From the NCBI GenBank assembly GCA_010093745.1, contig MU005971.1:124001-188000 (forward strand): a stretch of 64,000 nucleotides of DNA, in the 5' to 3' direction. Source of the DNA: Piedraia hortae CBS 480.64. Its lineage: Eukaryota. Under the pieces are notes generated by a model. The model saw nothing but the letters and a program-made list of their open reading frames with translations. It did no database searches and was not told the DNA's origin. The translations under genes were made by a program, and so were the position numbers. Below are positions 35,880 through 45,285 of this stretch, piece by piece (within the stretch, counting starts at the first letter, position 1; each line of letters starts with the position of its first letter).

Positions 35880-36653
35880 TCAATCCTCCTCAGCAGAGTC
35901 CTCTTGCACCTCCTCATACGCCCCATTGATTCTAGATTCGGGTTGTCTGATGGCCCATTCCTTCCAAGCGGCCCAGATTCGATAAGACAACCCAACACTT
36001 TCACCCTCAAACGTAACCAGGTCCGCATTGTATTGATCCCATTCCTCTTCCAAATCCACAGACCGGATGTTGTCGAGGATCAGACTCATTAGCGAGGCAA
36101 TAACCGTAGGTTTGTCAGGAAATCCCCTTTCTCGGATATCGGATGGTGTATAAGCCTTGTATGCACGTTTTCCGTCGCGCAAGGTAGGATGGTCCAGCGA
36201 TATTCGAATGCCATGTCGGCCGAGCTCCCAGGCCATAGGGTCCTTGGTGGGGGGCTGGAAGTTATGCAAGAGCACCATGTTTACTTGTAGGCCTTGGAGC
36301 TCGTCCCTTGTGCAAATGATTGGGTCGATTCTAGGATAAATGTTAGAGTTGCGCTTGACAAACAGAGAGGGTAGGCATGCGTACGATGAAATGGCGGCGG
36401 TTTGAATAGCGCGGTCGAGGGGGTTGGTTTCCTTTAAGCCGTCGACAATTCGCACGGCGTGGCTGGCGGGGTGTGAGTACCAGATGTATAGTTCTGAGGG
36501 CGTGGGCGCTTCAAGAGGAGCGGATAGGTCGATGCGATGGTGGTAAAGATCCCACAGGTCGGAAACGGAGGCAAATTTCAATCGGGTTCTGCTCTCGGTT
36601 AGATGCGTCATCAAACACTCCATTGCATAGGCACAGTATGTCTTTGTGGCCAT
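35880..36653 (-). CDS. Divergent AMMECR1-like protein, copy 1 (239 aa, 2 exons)
   Basis: Intron 36331-36384 (GTACGC...CTAAC...TAG). Motifs MATKTYCAYAMECL, LLHNF..DPMAWELGRHGIRI, Y.P.DIRERG and FEGESVGLSY..W..WKEW match the fungal AMMECR1 layout as I recall it. Confidence 0.8.
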   Translation of the reverse strand: MATKTYCAYAMECLMTHLTESRTRLKFASVSDLWDLYHHRIDLSAPLEAPTPSELYIWYSHPASHAVRIVDGLKETNPLDRAIQTAAISSYACLPSLFVKRNSNIYPRIDPIICTRDELQGLQVNMVLLHNFQPPTKDPMAWELGRHGIRISLDHPTLRDGKRAYKAYTPSDIRERGFPDKPTVIASLMSLILDNIRSVDLEEEWDQYNADLVTFEGESVGLSYRIWAAWKEWAIRQPESRINGAYEEVQEDSAEED

Positions 36654-37753
36654 GTTGTGAATCTGCGGGAGCTGGGTTGGAGGTTGTCTGTAGATGAGCT
36701 AGATATGCAATGACTCGCGTGCTTGGTTCGTTCGTCAAGGCGAATGTTGCCATGGTAAATACTCTGTTTGTATAGTCGCGCCTTCCCCAAGACGAGCTTA
36801 CTACTTCGCTTGGATCATCATCCTCTACACCGAATAGAGAGTGGACAGTCATTGCCTGTCTCGCATTCAATCAATTCGGGTACTTCTCGGCAGAACGCGA
36901 ATTTAGCTAGATCCAATAGAAGACTTGTCCTAGGTCTCGGATCACTCAGTATTGTGGGGCAATCAATACTTGTCCATGGACCAATCATCACAAGTGACTC
37001 TTGAGTCAGTCTCCGCATGGCTTGACACACTTGTGCCTTTTCCACAACACTACGTAACTCTGGTACTTCAACAGCAAGACCGGGCAACGTAGACCGCCAC
37101 ACGCATACCCGAGCATCACCTCGATGCCCCAATAACCATCTCGGACTTTACAAGACAGCAAGCAATTCGCTCTGCGGCAGCCTTTTGTCGGCTATTCCGA
37201 GAGCACCGCACCGACAAATAACAATTTCTGGTTCGTGTGGGGCGGGCACACTCAAGTTCAATTCCCGATGCCGCTCAAACCTTTTACAGTACAACCCACG
37301 CAATGCAGCCGAGATCTTAAGCAACTCCCACCCTTGCCAGGCAGCGTGCAGGCGATACCAGGCTATAGCTACACGCCGTGCATGCTCCCATAAATAGACA
37401 CGTATTATAAGCACTGACACGATAATATCCTTTCACTCTTGCTATAGCAATTATATACACTGGTCCGAACTTCGAGGCCAGCGGCATCCATTGACGGATT
37501 CTTCACGGCACAGATGTGGCAGGCTTATTCATCGGCCGTACCCAAACGGTAAAGCGAACTCGCCTGGGTACTTGTTCCCGTTTGCTACCGCACGGAATGT
37601 CAATCCCAATATTTAGCACCGTGATTCCACAAAGCTATCGATAGGAGACCGTCTTACCACCCGCGGTGATTTTCCCGTGGGTTCTGCATCGAAATTTGAC
37701 ATGAAAGCAATAGCCCTTGGTTATGGGACAGCTTTTGTCTCATTTCATTGACG

Positions 37754-37933
37754 TGTGGAGGGAAGCACTGGGAGTGTGCACGGACCCAGGTTGGAGCAAG
37801 ATATTGTCTCGTATGGAAGCTATAGAGGGCCAGAGGGCCTGCTATACACTCATGAGCTCCTGCACAAGAAGGCGCGCGCCTGGTGAACCACACCCATGGA
37901 ACAACCATAGGACGAAAGGGCTAACCCGTAACA
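37754..37933 (-). mobile_element. Solo LTR, family 2 (180 bp)
   Basis: Inverted homolog of 60832-61032 with TG...CA ends, flanked by TGACG / TGTCG (4/5 TSD). Confidence 0.85.
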
Positions 37934-38033
37934 TGTCGTAAAGACGATGAAAACACACAGTAAAGCGTGCGATTCAATCTTCTTGATTGAAAGTTCGGCC
38001 CATCGAGGACGATAGCTTGAGACTGGCGGTGAA

Positions 38034-38455
38034 TGTTGGCATGAAGTCTCGTTGCTATCAGTGTACGATGCCACTGCGCGACACCTCTTACACCAGCAGC
38101 TGCACCCTAGGTTTTGTCCTCACAGAGGTTTCCCTCAGGGTCATGTCGCATGCGACATGGTGAATGCGCCCTGCTACTGTTATGAGGTGAGTCATGGAGT
38201 AAGACTGCATGCTGACAGTCTTACTGCATGTATGACCACTTGCTTATGGTCATACAATTGATGACTCTTCATACGAGGCTACGCACGGGCCTTCCAGCCC
38301 AGAATATATTCTCTGATGTTCCCTCGAAGATATACTTGTATTCACTCATAAAACACATCTCTACTTTCCATCCATCGTTCTCACTCATACATACTATCTG
38401 TCTTTTTCAGTGAACACATAATAGTCATCTGCCTCGTCACCATGAGTTGTTATCA
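38034..38455 (+). mobile_element. Chimeric or variant solo LTR, first ~145 bp related to family 1
   Basis: Starts TGTTGG and matches family 1 to ~38177, then diverges. It is preceded by GTGAA, and CA+GTGAA occurs at both 38409 and 38455, so the right end is ambiguous. Confidence 0.7.
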
Positions 38456-39195
38456 GTGAAAACTTAATCTTGTCCCTTGCTCTTGCAAGCTTGGCCTAGG
38501 ATGATTCATCTTTCACATAATAGTGCAGAGAGGTCAGGACGACTTTATCCAGGTGTGTGATAGCCCACTATGAAAATCGGGACTAGAGGTGTGTTCTCAA
38601 AGGAAATATCGATTGCAATTCCAAACGCACCTGCGCTAGGGGCAAAGACTTTGAAGACCAGGGAGAAGCCGCCAAGCTTGCTCCATTATTAAGCGCATCT
38701 CTGCACTTATAAAATAAACGTTTTGAGTGGGTTAGCGAGCTTCCACCACTATCTTCCCTCCCGTCTTTGGCATACAGGATCGCGAAGTCCAAGAAATCGT
38801 CTATGAATTCGTAGGTGTGGTGGCTCCAGAACACTTGTCGCTGGCTGCTTCGCCTACCGAAGATGTTAGAATGTGATCAAAAATTCTCAAATGGTCGCAA
38901 GCATCCGTAATAAAGCTTGGGCGGTGTCGAAGACGAACCTGATATCCTACGAGGCGGCGGCTAATGTCGATCCTTGCCGGTGCCTCGGTATGTCGATCGT
39001 ATGACCGACATTGTTGTCGCTGATAGATTAGTTGTTTTTGTACATAGTTCCGCCCGCCGGCTCGGGCGGGCAGTAGCGTTGTCTTTCTTCCATTGCTGTT
39101 TTCTGTCCACACCAGTGATATGTCCAACACTGTTGTTGAGAAGTATCAGTGCCATACCTCGGCCTGATAACAAAGACTATATACAAAGAAAGATT

Positions 39196-39555
39196 TGTTG
39201 AATTTAAGCATCGCTGCTAGCGCGTACGCGGGGCACTTGCATAGCAAGTCAGCGATATCTCTTACACTACCAGCTGCACCCTAGGTTTTTCCCTCACAGA
39301 GGTTTTCCCTCAGGGTCATGTCAGATGTGATATGGTGAATGCGCCCTGCTAGTGTACAACGTGACGTTACCGGCCCACCGGTATAGAATACTTATTCCGA
39401 CGTCCCCTCATAGAGATATATGGGCATTCACACTGTCATATCGACACTGGTATTGACTCATATCCATCTATCTCTGTCCTGTCCCTGTTTCCGTCCATCG
39501 CTTCGTCCTCTTCAGGCCGCAGCGCACTCTCACCCACGGGAGCTCAATCGTAACA
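39196..39555 (+). mobile_element. Solo LTR, family 1 (360 bp)
   Basis: TGTTG...TAACA ends. Near-collinear reverse complement of 55200-55561. Confidence 0.9.
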
Positions 39556-40699
39556 ACATCCTGTAGAGCAAAATGCTCAAAGAGCATGATAAAGAGGACA
39601 ATGGAACAATGGAGTGATATTTGAGACTGTCTGAACAATAAGCTACTTGTATAGAAGCTCGCTGCTGAATATTAGATAATACGACTCTGTTAAAACTCAA
39701 TCTTCAGAACGATTACGCTACGCAACAACTGTCTTCCAACAAACACAACGTCCCGAAATGACTGAGAAGCACTTAGCCCACTAGACGACGTTCGTCAAAC
39801 GACCGAAGTTGACAATGACGCATCTTTCACTGCCTATGAGGACCATCGTCTGCAGACTTTTCCAGCGCTGATGGGTACCAGGATATACCCTCATACCCTT
39901 CGGTGGTTCACCAACAAGGGCCTAGCGATTACTCCCGCAACTCCATGGATGCATAATCTTGGAAGCTTCGACACGTGTGCAGTATCACTAGAGGTTAGTA
40001 TATGCTCATGGGCTCATTCATGACGGCATGAAGGGGAATATGGCCGGGTTCATGAGCCTCTCGTGCGAGCCCATGTGCAAGCTACGCCTGCCGGCAGTTG
40101 ATGACAAGCGGCGGCATGGCGTCTTTGCTGATGAAGATGGAGTGTCGACTACCATGTACCGACTGGTGGCTGAAGGATTTGGGGTCATCATCGGCGGACA
40201 ATCTAGGGCGCGCTGGTATTTTGGCTATGGAAATGTCTTTCTCCGACACCCACTACCTCTTCAGACGCAGATTGTCGGTTGGTCTTGCGATGCCTATGAT
40301 GAGGCTAGGCCTTTGCCATATCAATGGCAGGGACAAGGCGTGGAGAAAACTTGAAGTGGAAGCATCAAGGGCTTCCAAGGTCACCTGCTGGAAGCTCGAT
40401 GCGGCTTTGAAGGGTTTGGGAAGCAGTGAGACAATAACTGGGCTTGGAACAGATACCCGCAGTCCATTCTCGCATCTATCATCGCCTGCTTCGCCCACTC
40501 TCAGGCTCCTCCACTTTAATCATGAGCCGCGGATACAGGCAGCCGTGGGCTCGGGGTTGCGTTCCAACAACAGGACCTGGACCATTGCTGGGTATGCGTC
40601 TTGCCCTGGGAAGGGTGTATCAGATTGAGCGTGCGTAGAAAGCCCGATGCAAATACGAGGTTCATACGCCGCCTGACTCTGCTGGCTCCGTCTGCCAGG

Positions 40700-41640
40700 A
40701 CGGAAAATTTGATCCTGACAGATGGCGTGAGTATGGCCATCTCTTCGATGCAAAAGAATTGTGACCAAAGTAGAGGCACTCTCGGGATTACGAGAATCCC
40801 TACACGATGATAAGGAGTTTGATTCGAAGTTTTTGCTGTGGCTAGACTGTACGATATCACGCAATGCATGCAGAGTCACGCCACACACGATCCAAGTATC
40901 ACTGTCCGATGATGAGGAGGTTGATCCTGGGCTGTGCGTGTATAATGTCACGAAACACCTGGAGAGACTCGCCAAGCCAAAATCCAGAGCGTATGTGGGC
41001 GAAGATGAAGTGTTCAATCTCAAGCCGAGGTCATCTTCGGTGGGATTGTAGTTTGACGTCGCCAAGTGATGTTTCAAGTTGATAAAAGCCGCTGTTTCCC
41101 TATCTCTTAGCAAGAAATTTGTATAAGAAAAGAGGACGAAGATATCAAGACCCATATCCCCTATCTCCCCTAAACATATGTTGATCTGTAAGGAGATGGT
41201 ACCCCAATTTACAGCAGTAAGCATAAGGAAGCTATCAAGGTTGCGTCTGTCTACGTGATGCCCCTTATGTGGGACCACCTTTCCCCCTTCGTCACAGCAC
41301 GGAAAATTTAGAATTGACGGGACCGGCTGAGGGCAATGCATCTCGACCACAAGTTTGACCCTGCCATTGTGGGCCCTTTGGGAGACTATGGTAGACGTCA
41401 ACTGTAATGACACAAGGCAGAGAAAAATGCCTGGCCATTTCTGCATGCTCTTGAGTAGAATTTCATGAAATGGACTTTGACCTAGTTCCATGAAGTCTAT
41501 TGGAGTAATTGGACTGGCGATCAACAATTGGTAAAGACCTGGACCAAGAACACTTCCGCATTTAAGAAGCTCTTTGCCCGCCGCTAGTATAAAGAAGGTC
41601 CAGGCTGTTAACACTTATAAGCGAGTTCATGCCACGCGAG
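40700..41640 (+). pseudogene. Probable relic of an unidentified gene
   Basis: Protein-like segments on + (LHDDKEFDSKFLLWLDC...; VEFHEMDFDLVP*SLLE*LDWRSTIG...) are broken by stops and frame changes. No family recognised. Confidence 0.3.
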
Positions 41641-41681
41641 TCTAACGCTTAAATCCCAACTAATACATCCAAGCATCCTCA

Positions 41682-42451
41682 TCAATAGAAAATGCCCTCC
41701 CTCGCATTCTCATATGCCTCATGACGCCTCGCCTCGGGCTGCATGACGGCCCACTCCTTCCATGCCACCCAATTGCAATAACTCATACCAACGGCCTCGC
41801 CCTCGAACGCGACAATCTCCCCTTTATATCTCTCCCAGTCTTCCACCCAATTTAGAGACGCGGCGCTTCCAAGAAGACATCGCACCAGTGTCGCGACAAC
41901 CGAAGGCTTGTCAACGAAGCCCAGTTCTCGGATCTCATATGGTGAGTACCCTTTATATGTTTTCCACCCCCTCTGCGTGGAGGGAAAGTCTAGAGTCACT
42001 CGGATGCCTTGCAGGCCAAATTCCCAGGCCATGGGGTTCCTGCTGGCGCGCGTGAAATTGTGCAGGAGCATCATCTTCACTTCTAGACCTTGTAGCTGGT
42101 CCAGTGTGCAGATATATGGGTTGATTCTAGGGGTAAACATTAGCATGACTGTTGACAGACGAAGGAGAGGAAGAATACGTACGATCGAAGTGCAACGGTT
42201 TTGATAGCACAATCGAGGACAGTGGTTTGAATTGTTGCTTTAACGTCTCGTATGTGGGGATTGGTAGAGTTCACGTACCAGATGAATAACATCGCGCCAG
42301 TGGGCACTTCGAGGGGGGAGGTTAGGTACATGTAGTCGTTGTACTTGTCCCATAGCTGAGAAACTGAGGCAAGACTCAATTGGGTTGCGTTTCCGGTTAA
42401 GTAAGCCATGAAACATTCTAGTGCGTAGGCGCAGTATGTCTTCATGGCCAT
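41682..42451 (-). CDS. Divergent AMMECR1-like protein, copy 2 (237 aa, 2 exons)
   Basis: Intron 42127-42182 (GTACGT...CTAAT...TAG) joins the 103-aa and 176-aa ORFs. Exon 1 is 269 nt, as in copy 1, and the two proteins align without gaps. Confidence 0.8.
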
Positions 42452-44087
42452 GTTGTGATATGGAGTTTGATTGAAACTCTCGGTGGGGATTTGCTTGGGG
42501 GTGTGTGGCTTCTGTAAAGAGCTAAATGTACCTGAGATCGCGTTATTATACGGGCCATGAGGGGAATGTTGACGGGGTAATATACCCTGTTTAAGTGGTT
42601 ATGCACGCATGTTGACAAGATTTGCATTCTAATGACTGTTCAGTCTTGTCCTTTCTACTCGCATTCGCATTGGACTCAACGGCGTGCAGACACTCACCAG
42701 CATGAAATTTTTCGGGCCGTGCGTCTCTAGAAAGACAGCAGACCATTGATTTATTATTTTGACAGATCACTTGTCTTGATCTCAACTGATGAATTCGTGC
42801 GCGTGCCAAGAAAGCTGCACTTGGACCACCTATGATGCATGGCCCACGTGGGGATGTATCGCCGGTCTGGTCCACTTTTGCTTTTTACCACACAGCGCGC
42901 CTCTCGACTTTGACGACAATATCCTGCGATGCATAGTTATATATACCTGATGATGAACCCAATGCGTCAGCATCTAGTTTGGACTTCGCTCCACAGGCAG
43001 TATTGCAATTTGCGGAAATCCAGGATATCATGTCGATTGGAGGACATCGATATGAGGAACCAGCAACACCTCAACCTCCTCGATTCGGTGGAGTAGCGCT
43101 ATAAACACCTAGAAACTTAACTATCTTGCACGTCAGGAATCTCGAAACAACAAGGGAAACTGGAGCCGACAACTGAAAACACCAGTAACTCTGAAGTATC
43201 AAGGGGCATCGCCTCGTAATCCCGTTGCGCACTGTAGACAAGTCAGGGATCTGTCGGAAATGACACACGGATTAGCAACAATGCATGGTCTGTGAATATC
43301 AATCTTGGTACCACACAAACCTCTCTCATTACATCACCAATATTACACCTACTTGGTATATACAGCCAGGTATTCATGTTCACACTAGCTTTTGCCACAA
43401 AGCTCCCCGCGGTGTAGCCGCCATCTTGGGCAAACGCTATCCTCGAGACTGCGCACATGGGATATCTCCCTGATACAACTTGCCGCGCGTAACCCCGTCG
43501 CTGGGCCCGCATGACAAGCACTGCAACTATGATGTGCTCTAACATTTACTCAAGCAAGTATACCATCTGAGCCGCACCATCAGCCAGCGGCATACAGATG
43601 GATTTCATAACCTGTATGGGACAGAAAGGACGGCAATGGAGGACTGGAGACCCTGATCAAATAAAGCTATGGAGAGGGGGCTGCCTTTTCACCGGTGGTG
43701 ATCTACTTGGGGGTTTCAAGGTTGACATTTTACTAGCGCTCGCAAGAAACCGCGGTGGAAAGCTTGTGCGACTGTGGACTCGAGCACCAGGCTATAGGTC
43801 TTGCAAGTCCAAGGACGTCTGACCTTACAATCCTCTACTTTCGCGGAGTATCGTCTGTACCAACGGACTTCTCAGCATAATTTGCGTTGATAGCGCTCCC
43901 CTTGCGTGGGTGCCTAAGGGCGCGTATGATCCCGCCAAGGCATTTCTCTCCTCAACCTAAGCGAAACAAAGCGGGAGCACATCTACTGCATCCTCTCGTT
44001 CAAGCCCGCCCCGAAGCGGACCACGGATGCGTATGACGCCCGGATCTGCTGTTGTGCTTGGGCCCACTTCGAAAGACCCAGCATTCC

Positions 44088-44306
44088 CTACCCGGGGGAA
44101 GGTGCGAGCCTTATCTGGCACGTATGGCCATGACAAGGTTGGCCTATCTCATCCTGGTTGGGACACAGCGCTTCAGAGTCTCTTTCTGCGACGACAGCAC
44201 TGGGAAGGAGATTCCGCCCATTTGTCCCGGAGACAAAGAGGGAGTATGTTAAGAGGATGCTTGGAAGGCACAAGACACCTGAGGCGCGCATGGCGATCAG
44301 GGGCAT
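44088..44306 (-). CDS. Possible small secreted Cys-containing peptide (72 aa) or remnant
   Basis: Signal-peptide-like MRASGVLCLPSILLTYSLFVSG, a pro-region ending VVAER, then CPNQDEIGQPCHGHTC. Confidence 0.3.
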   Translation of the reverse strand: MPLIAMRASGVLCLPSILLTYSLFVSGTNGRNLLPSAVVAERDSEALCPNQDEIGQPCHGHTCQIRLAPSPG

Positions 44307-45285
44307 CTTCGGGGAGGCAGATTCTTGGCTAGGAGAATGCTATTGCCAATAGTGGTGATTGGAGATTATTAGATTCAATTTGGATTTAGTTGTGCAATTA
44401 ACACTGTGCGATCAACAACCTGATGCCTTTGCAGGGCCCGTTTTCGGGTCAAGCTGTCACATCGACATGACGAGCAAGTGGACTGTCAGGTATGGTTGGG
44501 ACAGCGAGACGAATGGGATGATGATGGACTGGTGAAAACTTCAGCTTCCAGTTCGCCAATTATTTTTTGAAGGCTGCAATTCGTTGGAACACCTATACGA
44601 AGACATTTATTAGGCAACTCTGATCTTGAGCTCATTCCTCTCTTGATAGGGTGGCCTTCCCACCCAGGTACCGCATTCGGCAGCACAAGGCCTCTCTGCT
44701 AGGATATATAACACCATTGTCCGTCGGGCAGACAGTTGGAAATGTGTACTTTAAAAAATCTCCTCGCCATTCAACACGATTGAGGAGTTTGGCTGAGCGA
44801 CGATGGGACAGACGAAAGTCCCCGCCACGACGTTAGGGTTAGGAAAAACTACCTCAGCGAGATCCTGATGATGGGAAGGAGAGGCTCCATGAGGACTGGC
44901 AGCACATTACAAAGCTGATGGTGATCTGCTTTGTAATTGAACTTGAGTATCAGCGAATTCATTGGGCACAGAAGAACAATATGACGTAATATCACGAGGC
45001 TCTGCTAGCGCTTTACCCTAATAGGCAGGCCCCACTAGTTTTTTGAATCCCCCACCAAGCGTGGTCCGCGCTTTTCGCACTTTTCCTCCAAATTCCTCGA
45101 CTCCACCACACACTCCGGCAACGCCTACAGTTTGGTAAGGGCCCCTTTGAATCCCTTTCTGCCACAGCTGCTGATCTCCTGCGCAGAACTACCACAGATC
45201 GCTCCACAGCGCGTTGCTGCCCTCGAGTGGGGTACATTAAGAGAAAACAGCTTATTCCCAAAAAACCAGCCCAATCACCGCCGTC

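Noticed and set aside
35192..39555. Inverted family 1 LTR pair as terminal inverted repeats of a DNA transposon carrying AMMECR1-like copy 1
   Set aside because: Each repeat has its own TG...CA ends, and a third copy occurs solo with a TSD. No shared TSD or transposase was seen.
40520..41614. 364-aa minus-strand ORF between the AMMECR1-like genes
   Set aside because: Non-ATG start and no recognisable motif. The plus strand has more protein-like fragments, so it is treated as the shadow of a relic, though not fully excluded.
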